Below, one piece after another: positions 7,956 to 15,847 of a stretch of 34,811 nucleotides of DNA (position 1 is its first letter; each line of letters begins with the position of its first letter). The notes below the pieces were generated by a model. That model saw nothing but the letters and a program-made list of their open reading frames with translations, searched no databases and was not told where the DNA came from. The DNA is from Candidatus Sericytochromatia bacterium. Its GTDB lineage: Bacteria > Cyanobacteriota > Sericytochromatia > S15B-MN24 > JAQBPE01. The stretch is from NCBI GenBank assembly GCA_035285125.1, contig JAYKHR010000105.1, positions 1 through 34,811 of the forward strand. The letters run 5' to 3'. The position numbers were made by a program, and so were the translations under genes.

Positions 7956-8861
7956 GTGGCTGGGCTTGGTCTGGTCGTCCTCTTTGCGTTGATCATCGCC
8001 TTCTTCCGGGGCGGAGACGCGATCCGGCTGCTTGACCTCCATGCCGCCGTCGTCGTAGTCGGCGGCACGCTCGTGGCCGGCAGCTTCGCCTACCCGCAGG
8101 CCATCATGTCGGGCTTCCGGCTGCTCCTCTTGGCCGTGATGGCCGAGGGGCTGCACCTGCCCACCATCGTCGCGCACTTCCTGAAGGTGCTCGACCGCGT
8201 GCGTCAGCAGGGCAGGGCTGCGGCGGGCGCGTATGCCCGGGAGGTCGATGACCCCTTCTTGCGCAAGGGCCTGCAACTCGTCGCAGAGGGCTTCGAGCCC
8301 GACGAGATTCGCCGGCTGCTCGAGGACGAACTGAGCGCGATGCGGGCCAGACACCGCACCGGCATCTCGATGTTCGACGGCCTGGGCGGCTTTGCCCCGA
8401 CCTTCGGCATCCTGGGCACCGTCGAGGCGATGATCGGCATCCTGGGCAACCTCGAGAAGCCCGAGCGCATCGGCCTGGACATCGCCGTCGCCATGGTGGC
8501 GACGCTCTATGGCGTGGGGGTGGCGAATCTGGTGTTCATCCCCATCGCCAACCGCCTGCGCAAGCTCTCCGAAGAGGAGCTCCGGGTGCGCCAGGTGATG
8601 GTCGAGGTGCTCGTCAGCCTGCAGGAGGGCGCCAAGCCGGAGTTCATCCGGGAGCGGTTGCGCGTGGCCCTGCCTCCCGAGACGCGCCGCACCATCGCGG
8701 TGCTGTCAGAGCGGCGGGCCAAGCGGTCGCGGGCTGCTGCGGCTGCGGCCCCGCCGATGATGGCCCAGCAACCCCAAGGCGACGAGGAGTACTTCGATGA
8801 CGGCTATGGGGGGGCCCCCTATGGCAACCCGCCAGGCGACCACCAGGACGAGATCTACTGA
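7956..8861 (+). CDS. motA: MotA/PomA-family stator subunit, divergent
   Basis: VGGT, DDPFLRKGLQLV, APTFGILG, ATLYGVGVANLVFIPIANRL. Start uncertain: GTG 7956, or ATG 7954 with a 1-nt slip. Confidence 0.88.
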   Translation: MAGLGLVVLFALIIAFFRGGDAIRLLDLHAAVVVVGGTLVAGSFAYPQAIMSGFRLLLLAVMAEGLHLPTIVAHFLKVLDRVRQQGRAAAGAYAREVDDPFLRKGLQLVAEGFEPDEIRRLLEDELSAMRARHRTGISMFDGLGGFAPTFGILGTVEAMIGILGNLEKPERIGLDIAVAMVATLYGVGVANLVFIPIANRLRKLSEEELRVRQVMVEVLVSLQEGAKPEFIRERLRVALPPETRRTIAVLSERRAKRSRAAAAAAPPMMAQQPQGDEEYFDDGYGGAPYGNPPGDHQDEIY

Positions 8862-8864
8862 CCG

Positions 8865-9710
8865 ATGGCGAAGGAGTGGTTCCACGGCGGAGACGACGGC
8901 CTTCAGGGAGGCGGCGAGACGGCAGGGCGCGAACGCTGGCTCGTGACCTACGCCGACCTGATCACGCTCCTGCTGGTCTTCTTCATCATCCTGTACGCCA
9001 TGTCGAGCCGCATCGAGGGAGAGAAGTTCCAGCAGCTGGCCACCAGCCTGGCGACCTCCATCAAGAAGGCCACGCCCAAGGTCTCTGACAAGCGGGCCTA
9101 CCAGCGGGACGACAGCAAGCAGACCCGCCGCTTCAAGGCCACGGCTGACGCGGTGCTGGAGTCTCTCGTGCGCACGGACCCCAAGAGCGACGTGAAGGTC
9201 GACATCGACGAGCGAGGCATGGTGGTCAGCCTCATCGACACGAGCTTCTTCGAACCGGGCTCCGCCGTCATCAAGCCGGCCGGCCAGCGCGTGCTCCAGA
9301 AGATCGCCGCAAACTTCAAGGGAATGAAGAACGACTTCCGCGTGGAGGGCCACACCGACAGCATCCCCATCCGCACGCCCCGCTTCCCGTCCAACTGGGA
9401 GCTCTCGGCTGCCCGGGCGACGGCCGTGACGCGCTTCCTCATCCAGCAGGCGCATGTGTCCTCGACGCGCGTCTCCGTGGCGGCGTTCGCCGAGCACCAC
9501 CCGGTGGCCAGCAACGGCACGGCTGAGGGCCGCAAGCGTAACCGGCGCGTGGACATCGTCATCCTGAAGGAGGCGGGTGCCGCCCCCATCGGCGCGGGCC
9601 TGCCGATGGACCCAGGCTCCCTCGGGGGCAAGGCGTCCCCGAAGCCTGCCAAGGCCGAGCCCACGCCAAAGCCCCGACGTGGCTTCGCCAACCCGTTCGA
9701 GGGGCAGTGA
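8865..9710 (+). CDS. motB: MotB stator subunit with OmpA-like peptidoglycan-binding domain
   Basis: WLVTYADLITLLLVFFIILYAMS (conserved Asp), VEGHTD, NWELSAARA, NRRVDI. Confidence 0.95.
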   Translation: MAKEWFHGGDDGLQGGGETAGRERWLVTYADLITLLLVFFIILYAMSSRIEGEKFQQLATSLATSIKKATPKVSDKRAYQRDDSKQTRRFKATADAVLESLVRTDPKSDVKVDIDERGMVVSLIDTSFFEPGSAVIKPAGQRVLQKIAANFKGMKNDFRVEGHTDSIPIRTPRFPSNWELSAARATAVTRFLIQQAHVSSTRVSVAAFAEHHPVASNGTAEGRKRNRRVDIVILKEAGAAPIGAGLPMDPGSLGGKASPKPAKAEPTPKPRRGFANPFEGQ

Positions 9711-9744
9711 CGCGCGGGCCGACCCCGCGAAACGCCAAGCCAGA

Positions 9745-9774
9745 TTTAACAAAAGCTTGACCGATGCTTACCTC
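9745..9774 (+). promoter_or_regulatory. Three 8-bp direct repeats at 11-bp period (Pho-box/OmpR-family-like operator)
   Basis: TTTAACAA-aag-CTTGACCG-atg-CTTACCTC, an AT-rich island 82 nt upstream of the next ATG. Confidence 0.5.
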
Positions 9775-9855
9775 TTAACGCGGCAAGCACGCGGGTCCTC
9801 CCCGGGATGAGAACGGTGGCGCCTCCGGGGGGAGGCAACGCGGGGAGGATGCAAG

Positions 9856-10716
9856 ATGTCGCAAGAGGTGATGGGCTACTTCAACCCGACGGTGCCGCCG
9901 GTGCCCGCGTACGGCACGCCGGGCGCCCCGGGGACCTACGGGACGTATTCCGCCGGCGCGGTGCCCGCGCCGGCCCCGTACGGCGTGCCGGGCGGCTACA
10001 CGACGACGCCCTCCGTCCCGGGCCAGCAGCCCGTCGCCACCTGGGACACCTGGGTCCCGACCTCGGCCGCAGACCCTTACGTGGCCGGCTTGAGAACCAG
10101 CGCCTCGGCCCTGGCCGCCGTCACGGGGGCCTCCAACGCGGCCGTGAGCGCGCGGTTCGCGGTGGCGAAGTCGCTCAAGCTGGGCGGATCGCGCGTGAGC
10201 GCCAGCGCCGCCAAGTTCGCGGGTCGGGCCACCCAGGCGGCCAAGCTCCCCAAGGGCATGCAGGCGGCCTCGAGCGTGGCGCAAAAGGCGCAGTTCACAC
10301 AGGGCATCCGCGCGGGCGTCGGCTCGGCCTTCCGCCACACCTTCCTGTCCATCGGAAACGTGGCGCGGGCACTCGGCGGCGCTGCGATCCTGGCCGTGCC
10401 CATCGCCCTGGTGACGAACTTCCTCGACCACCAGGCCGGGAAGATCAACGAGCAGCAGCGCAACGCCCTGATCGTGGCCGACACGGCAGGGTACACGGTC
10501 ACCGGCGCCACCGCCACCCTGGTCGGCGGGTTCGTCGGATCAACCTTCCTGGGGCCTGCCATTGGCACGATGATCGGGGTGGCGGCCGGCTTTGGCCTCG
10601 GCTACGTCTACGAGAAGTTCATCCGGCCGCAGTGGGGCGAGTGGGTGCGCAGCGCCATCTACGCCCCGCCGGCTCCACCGCCGACGCAGCCCGTCGATCC
10701 CTACCTGCCCAAGTAA
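9856..10716 (+). CDS. Hypothetical membrane protein: Pro/Tyr/Gly-rich N-terminus, C-terminal glycine-zipper hairpin
   Basis: GGAGG RBS, strong G/C third-position bias, hydrophobic GATATLVGGFVGSTFLGPAIGTMIGVAAGFGLG. Confidence 0.8.
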   Translation: MSQEVMGYFNPTVPPVPAYGTPGAPGTYGTYSAGAVPAPAPYGVPGGYTTTPSVPGQQPVATWDTWVPTSAADPYVAGLRTSASALAAVTGASNAAVSARFAVAKSLKLGGSRVSASAAKFAGRATQAAKLPKGMQAASSVAQKAQFTQGIRAGVGSAFRHTFLSIGNVARALGGAAILAVPIALVTNFLDHQAGKINEQQRNALIVADTAGYTVTGATATLVGGFVGSTFLGPAIGTMIGVAAGFGLGYVYEKFIRPQWGEWVRSAIYAPPAPPPTQPVDPYLPK

Positions 10717-10765
10717 GGCCTTGCCCCGCCCGTGAGGCAGTCAAGCGTCACGGGCGAGGAAGCCA

Positions 10766-10921
10766 TCAGCGCGAGCGCTCTTCGCGGGAGGCGACGACGT
10801 CCTTCGGGGCCGATCCCTGCACGGGGGGGGTGCCTTCCAAATGCAGTTGCAGGTGCATCACGCCGTCGACATGCCGCACGGTGTGGGGGGGCACGATGGG
10901 CGTGGGGGGACGCTTGGCCAT
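10766..10921 (-). CDS. Small hypothetical protein (51 aa, MAKRPPTPIVPPH...)
   Basis: ATG with AAGGA upstream, G/C-ending codons, fills the gap after trmD; possible promoter TTGGCA-N18-TAGCAT at 11031-11002. Confidence 0.5.
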   Translation of the reverse strand: MAKRPPTPIVPPHTVRHVDGVMHLQLHLEGTPPVQGSAPKDVVASREERSR

Positions 10922-11004
10922 GACGGGTTCCTTCCAAGGGGGCCGGCGCTGGGGCCGGGGGCAGCCTTCTTCGGCTTCACTGCCCGCCATTGGACCTGCC
11001 CATG

Positions 11005-11799
11005 CTACACGGGAGGGGCCCCGTCTGCCAAGCGTGGCCCTGGCCCCCCTGCGGCGGCATCGCGTTCCCGATGCGCCTCGAGGGAGACCAGGTACTGGCG
11101 ATCGGCCTTGGACAGCGGGGCGGCCTCGAGCAACTCGGGACGACGCTCCCACGTCCGACGCAGCGCGGCTTGCCGCCGCCAGCGCGCCACCTCAGCGTGG
11201 TTGCCGGACAGCAGCACCTCCGGCACCTCCCACCCCATGTAAGAGGCCGGTCGGGTGTAGTGCGGGTAGTCGAGCAGCCCGTCCCAGAAGGAGTCCTCGT
11301 GGGGCGAGGCCGCCTTGCCCAGGGCGCCGGGCAGCAACCGGACCACCGCGTCCGACATCACGAGGGCGGGCAACTCTCCCCCCGTCAGGACATAGTCGCC
11401 GATCGAGACCTCGTCCGTCACCAGGTGCTCGTGGACCCGCTCGTCGATGCCCTCGTAGTGGCCGCAGATGAAGACCAGGTGACGCTCGGTGGCAAGCTCG
11501 CGGGCAAAGGCCTGGTCGAAGGTGCGGCCCTGGGGGGTGGTCACGAGGATGCGCGCCCCCTCTGGGAGCGCGAGGGCCTGCAAGGCCTTGTGGACGATGT
11601 CGGGCTTGAGCACCATGCCCACCCCCCCACCGAAGGGCTTGTCATCGACGGTGCGGTGCCGGTTGGTCGCCTGATCCCGCATGTCGTGGACGCCCGTCGT
11701 CACGATCCCGGCCTCGTGGGCGCGCTTCAGGATCGAGGTGTGGAGGTAGCCGAAGGCCTCCGGGAAGAGCGTCAGGAAGTCGATGTGCAGGGGGCTCAA
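11005..11799 (-). CDS. trmD: tRNA (guanine37-N1)-methyltransferase
   Basis: [46 protein letters not shown] start overlaps the rimM stop. Confidence 0.98.
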   Translation of the reverse strand: MSPLHIDFLTLFPEAFGYLHTSILKRAHEAGIVTTGVHDMRDQATNRHRTVDDKPFGGGVGMVLKPDIVHKALQALALPEGARILVTTPQGRTFDQAFARELATERHLVFICGHYEGIDERVHEHLVTDEVSIGDYVLTGGELPALVMSDAVVRLLPGALGKAASPHEDSFWDGLLDYPHYTRPASYMGWEVPEVLLSGNHAEVARWRRQAALRRTWERRPELLEAAPLSKADRQYLVSLEAHRERDAAAGGPGPRLADGAPPV

Positions 11800-12317
11800 T
11801 CGAGCAACCCCTCCATCAGGTGCAGGCGCACCTCGTTGGCCTCCAGGTCCACCGCCGCCACAAAGGCATCGACCCAGGGGATCAGCACCTCGGCGCCGCC
11901 GGGGCGGGTGATCTGCAGCAGGTCCTGCCCGGCCCGAAGGACGTCCGTGATCTCGCCAAGGTGCTCCCCGGTCGCCGTGTCGACGGCGGCCATGCCCAGC
12001 ACGTCGGCATAGAGGACCTTGCCAGGCACCCGTTTGGCCTCGGCGTAGGGCACCTGAAGCCAGGCCTGGCGGAGGCGGGCAGCCGTCTCGGGATCGTCGT
12101 GACCCTTGAACTTGGCGAGCACGACGCCGTCCTTGCGAAGCGTGACGTGCTCGACGGCCAGGACCTCGCGGGCCCCGGTGGCGAGCAGGGCTGAGACCTC
12201 CCTCAGGTCGCGGAGCCGCAAGGGGTCATCCGTCTCCGGACGAACCTTGAGTTCGCCCCGCACGCCGAAGGTCGTCACGACCTGCGCGAGGTTCAGCCAG
12301 TCGGGTCGCTTCGCCAT
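11796..12317 (-). CDS. rimM: Ribosome maturation factor RimM
   Basis: [10 protein letters not shown]-terminal motif, PRC barrel with EVLIPWV, ends EGLLD; sits upstream of trmD. Start refined to ATG 12317. Confidence 0.93.
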   Translation of the reverse strand: MAKRPDWLNLAQVVTTFGVRGELKVRPETDDPLRLRDLREVSALLATGAREVLAVEHVTLRKDGVVLAKFKGHDDPETAARLRQAWLQVPYAEAKRVPGKVLYADVLGMAAVDTATGEHLGEITDVLRAGQDLLQITRPGGAEVLIPWVDAFVAAVDLEANEVRLHLMEGLLD

Positions 12318-12324
12318 GCCGCGC

Positions 12325-13416
12325 TCAGGCGGAGACGGCCGTGCCGAGGGCCGCGATGATGGCATCGGCGAACCCCTCGGTGGTGCCCTCCCCAGTGGGG
12401 TTGAGGTCCGGCGTGAGGTGCTTGCCGTCCCGCAGCACGACCTTGATGGCCTCGTCGAGGCGCCGGGCCGCATCGCGCTCGCCGATGTGCTCAAGCATCA
12501 GCCTGCCGGAGAGCAACATGGCCAGTGGGTTGGCGATGCCCTTGCCGGCGATGGTGGGCGCGGTGCCGTGGGTGGCCTCGAAGACCGTGGCCTGAAGGCC
12601 GATGTTGGAGCCGGGGGCCACGCCGAGGCCCCCGACCAGGCCCGCGCAGAGGTCCGACACGATGTCGCCATAGAGGTTCCCGAGGACCATGACGTCGAAG
12701 GATTCAGGCCGGATGACGAGGTTCATGCAGGCCGCGTCGACGATCATCTCCTCGAACTCGATCTCGGGATGGGCGGCGGCCACCTCGCGCGCCACGCGCA
12801 GGAAGAGGCCGTCGGAGGCCTTCATGATGTTGGCCTTGTGGATGGCCGTGACCTTGCGCCGGTGGTTCTCCTTGGCGTACTGGAAGGCGAACTCGACGAT
12901 GCGCCGGCTGCCCGACTCGGAGATGGGCTTCAGGCTGACGGCGGCGTCCTCGCGGATGCCCTTCTTGGGCAGGTGGGCCTGCACCACGTCGCAGATGGCC
13001 TTGGCGCCAGCAGACCCCTGGTCGAACTCGATGCCGGCGTAGAGGTCCTCGGTGTTCTCCCGCACAATCACCAGGTCGATGTCGCTGTACCGCGACATGA
13101 TGCCCGGGTAGGTCTTGCAGGGCCGGACGCAGGCGTAGAGATCGAGGCCCTGCCGGAGCGCCACGTTGACGGACCGGAAGCCCGTGCCGATCGGGGTGCC
13201 GATGGGCCCCTTGAGGGCCAGCTTGTTACGCCGGATGGACTCGATGACGCTGTCGGGCAGCGGCTCGGCGGCGGCCTGCTGTTCCATGGCCGTGACGCCG
13301 GCCTGGACGACCTCCCACTCGAAGGAGACGCCAGTGGCCTCCAGGATGCGCGTCGTGGCGGCCGTGATCTCAGGGCCGATGCCGTCGCCGGGGATGAGCG
13401 TCACGCGATGGGTCAT
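12325..13416 (-). CDS. icd: Isocitrate dehydrogenase (IDH3/NAD-like clade of the isocitrate/isopropylmalate dehydrogenase family)
   Basis: TLIPGDGIGPE, isocitrate motif SVNVALR, RENTEDLY, HKANIMK, NLYGDIVSDL. Start refined to ATG 13416. Confidence 0.88.
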   Translation of the reverse strand: MTHRVTLIPGDGIGPEITAATTRILEATGVSFEWEVVQAGVTAMEQQAAAEPLPDSVIESIRRNKLALKGPIGTPIGTGFRSVNVALRQGLDLYACVRPCKTYPGIMSRYSDIDLVIVRENTEDLYAGIEFDQGSAGAKAICDVVQAHLPKKGIREDAAVSLKPISESGSRRIVEFAFQYAKENHRRKVTAIHKANIMKASDGLFLRVAREVAAAHPEIEFEEMIVDAACMNLVIRPESFDVMVLGNLYGDIVSDLCAGLVGGLGVAPGSNIGLQATVFEATHGTAPTIAGKGIANPLAMLLSGRLMLEHIGERDAARRLDEAIKVVLRDGKHLTPDLNPTGEGTTEGFADAIIAALGTAVSA

Positions 13417-13656
13417 GAGTTCAGTTTGCTCCAGGGCACAAAGGGTAGATGACACCGGATTGTACCCGGCACGCGGCCATCTGCATCGAGGGGGCACGCG
13501 GCTGTGGTTCCAACCACTCTCTCGTCTCCGCTGACGCGGATGATCGCGCGGAGCAGAGATCTGAAGCCCATTTGCAGCAAGCATCGCCTCCCTGGACTTG
13601 AGAGGTGGCGCGGCTGCGGGCTTGGGTCAGCACCGATTTCGGGGGGCCGAAACGTT

Positions 13657-13685
13657 GCAGCAGGCTACCGCAGGGGTATGTGATC
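13657..13685 (+). promoter_or_regulatory. Putative alternative-sigma promoter motif GCAGCAG-N10-GGGTA-N2-TGATC
   Basis: Near-copy of the motif at 18386-18413; both lie upstream of lipoprotein genes. Confidence 0.35.
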
Positions 13686-13710
13686 TCTTGGGGCGAAGAA
13701 GCTGCTGAAA

Positions 13711-15819
13711 GTGGAGATGCCCAGCCTGCCCAAATCCCTGATGCGGACCTTGCCCGGTTTGGTGGCGGGCGTGGTGCTGCTGGCGTGCACCCCGATGGCG
13801 GCGACGCATCCCACGCCCGGTGGCGAGCGAGCCGTGACGCCTCTGGCCCTGGCCGTGCGGGTGCAGGGGGTGGCCGAGGTCGCGGGGGAGCGGTTCGCTG
13901 GCGCGACGCTGCAGGCTTTCGACCTGGCCACGGGAAGGGGGCTACCCCTGTCACGGGCCGGACAGACCGACGCCGACGGGCGCTTCGAGGTCGAGTTGCC
14001 CGGGGGGACCACGCCCCGGTTGGTGAAGCTGGTGGCAAGCAAGGACGGCCGCTCCCTCACGACGGTGGTCGACGCGCGAATGGCGCGGGCCATCGAAGCC
14101 GCGCCATCGGCAGGCATCATCACCGATCGCGGTGGAGCAGGGTTGATTGGTGAGCGGGGCCAGGGCTACAGCCTCGCGCAGGCCGTGGTGGGCGAGACGT
14201 TGAGCCTGCGGCTGAACCTGGCGAGCACAGCCGCGACGCAGGCCTTCGAGGGGGCCTTGAAGGTGCATCTGCAGGTGCAGGGCTCGGCGGCGACCCTGGA
14301 GCAGGTGTTCACAGCTGTGAACCGGGCCGCCCTTGCGCTGCAGAGCGCCCTCGACGCGGCGCCTGCGCTCGCGACCCGGCTCGCCGACACCATTGGCACG
14401 GATGGCCAGATCCAAGATTTGCCTGCCTTCCAGCAGGTGCTGGCGGACCTCCGCTTGGTGGAGGCAGTCACGGAGGCGGTCCACGCCGTGTTGAAGGAGG
14501 CAGCCAGCCTCCCTCAGGATCCCGAGGCCCCCCCCACAAGCCTGACGCCCGAGGACTTCCCCATCGGGCAGGTCACGGTCGCGGGGGCGACCTTCACGTT
14601 TGAGACGCGCGAGGGGGAGACGGTTCAAGGCACGGTGGCCTCCGTCCCTGCCCCCCCTGAGCAGACAAGCACCTCTGGAGCCTCCCCCACCCCCACGCCA
14701 GGTAGCTCGACCGCGCCAGAGGCCACCCCCACCGCGGCGGCCGCCCAGGCTGGAGGCTCGGGCGGTGCTCCCGCCCCTGGCGCGGCGCTCAGCCTGGCCG
14801 TCAGCGAGCGATACACCCTCGTGCGCGTCGCGGGGGACGCCACCGGCACCGCACTGCGGGCCGTGAGCGGCGTGGCGGCGGCGCCGGACGGCACGCTGTA
14901 CGTGGCCGACCCCGTCCAGCACCAGATCCGGCGGGTCCCGGTGGGGGGAGCCCCTGAGCGGGTCGCGGGCCTGGCCTCGGGCCTGGCGGGCTTTCGGGAC
15001 GACTGGGCCGCCAGCCTGGGGGGCCTGTCTTCGCCGGCCGGCCTCCTGTACCTGCCGGGCCAGGGGGCCCTGCTGGTCTGCGACGCGGGGAACCACCGCG
15101 TGCGCCACTTCCAGCCTGGCGGCCTCCTCGGCACGCTGGCCGGCGGCGGCACCGTCACCACGTCTCCCACGACGGCTGGCGAGTTGCAGCTCGACGAGCC
15201 CGTGGCCGTCGCGGCAAGCCCCACGGGCGTGCTGTACGTCGCCGACCGCGCCGGTGGTCGGGTCTGGCACATCGCGCCGGACCTCACGGCGACGCTGGTG
15301 GCAAGCCTCCCCGGGCCCTGTGCGCTGGCACTGGATCCGGCCCGCGACCTGCTGTGGGTCGGGACGTCGGCAGGCCAGGTGCTGAGGGTGACGGCAGCGG
15401 GCGGCAGTGCGAGCCCCGACCTCGCCACGCCGGTCTTCACGCAGCCGGGCCAGGCGGTGCTCGGCCTGGCCTCCGACCAGCGCGGCGTGCTCTTCGTGCT
15501 GGCGGCCACGGCGGGGGGCGAGGCCCGGCTGTGGCGCCTGCCGACGGACAGCCAGGGACGGCTCGAGGCGGGCCAGGCCGCCACGGCGATCGCCGGGACG
15601 GGCGTGGCGGGGGCCTCTGGCGCCGACTACGTCGCGTCCACGACGGTGCTTGCGGATGCGCGGGAGGCGCGCCTCGCCGTGGCCCACCCGGGCAGCCTGT
15701 GCCTCGACCTGTCTGCGGCGGACGCGGTGGCAACGGCGGCGGGCCAGCTGTACGTCGGCACCAGCTATGCAGGGGACGCCACGTGGGGGCAGGCCCTCCG
15801 GCTGGACCTGGCGTTCTAG
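13711..15819 (+). CDS. Surface lipoprotein: transthyretin/carboxypeptidase-regulatory-like domain, helical region, Pro/Thr/Ser linker, NHL beta-propeller
   Basis: Lipobox LLA-C, TDADGRF motif, NHL units (GVAAAPDGTLYVADP..HQIRRV; CDAGNHRVR; PVAVAASPTGVLYVAD). Start could be 13711, 13717 or 13741. Confidence 0.85.
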   Translation: MEMPSLPKSLMRTLPGLVAGVVLLACTPMAATHPTPGGERAVTPLALAVRVQGVAEVAGERFAGATLQAFDLATGRGLPLSRAGQTDADGRFEVELPGGTTPRLVKLVASKDGRSLTTVVDARMARAIEAAPSAGIITDRGGAGLIGERGQGYSLAQAVVGETLSLRLNLASTAATQAFEGALKVHLQVQGSAATLEQVFTAVNRAALALQSALDAAPALATRLADTIGTDGQIQDLPAFQQVLADLRLVEAVTEAVHAVLKEAASLPQDPEAPPTSLTPEDFPIGQVTVAGATFTFETREGETVQGTVASVPAPPEQTSTSGASPTPTPGSSTAPEATPTAAAAQAGGSGGAPAPGAALSLAVSERYTLVRVAGDATGTALRAVSGVAAAPDGTLYVADPVQHQIRRVPVGGAPERVAGLASGLAGFRDDWAASLGGLSSPAGLLYLPGQGALLVCDAGNHRVRHFQPGGLLGTLAGGGTVTTSPTTAGELQLDEPVAVAASPTGVLYVADRAGGRVWHIAPDLTATLVASLPGPCALALDPARDLLWVGTSAGQVLRVTAAGGSASPDLATPVFTQPGQAVLGLASDQRGVLFVLAATAGGEARLWRLPTDSQGRLEAGQAATAIAGTGVAGASGADYVASTTVLADAREARLAVAHPGSLCLDLSAADAVATAAGQLYVGTSYAGDATWGQALRLDLAF

Positions 15820-15847
15820 GCGAACAGGCGTCGCGGAGGTGCCCGGC

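Noticed and set aside
7954..7992. Definite frameshift at the motA start (ATG TGG CTG GGC TTG G^T would give MWLGLGLVV)
   Set aside because: Plausible, but the in-frame GTG at 7956 has acceptable RBS spacing; it cannot be decided without reads.
7956..9710. Zorya (zorAB) anti-phage system
   Set aside because: MotA lacks the very long ZorA tail, MotB is canonical, and no zorC, zorD or zorE is adjacent.
13644..13659. Sigma-54 promoter GG-N10-GC (GGGCCGAAACGTTGCA)
   Set aside because: Spacing fits, but the match to TGGCACG is poor and such hits are expected by chance in GC-rich DNA.
15407..15847. N-terminal 147 aa of the 968-aa ORF
   Set aside because: Overlaps the upstream gene in another frame; the RBS and signal peptide place the start at 15848.
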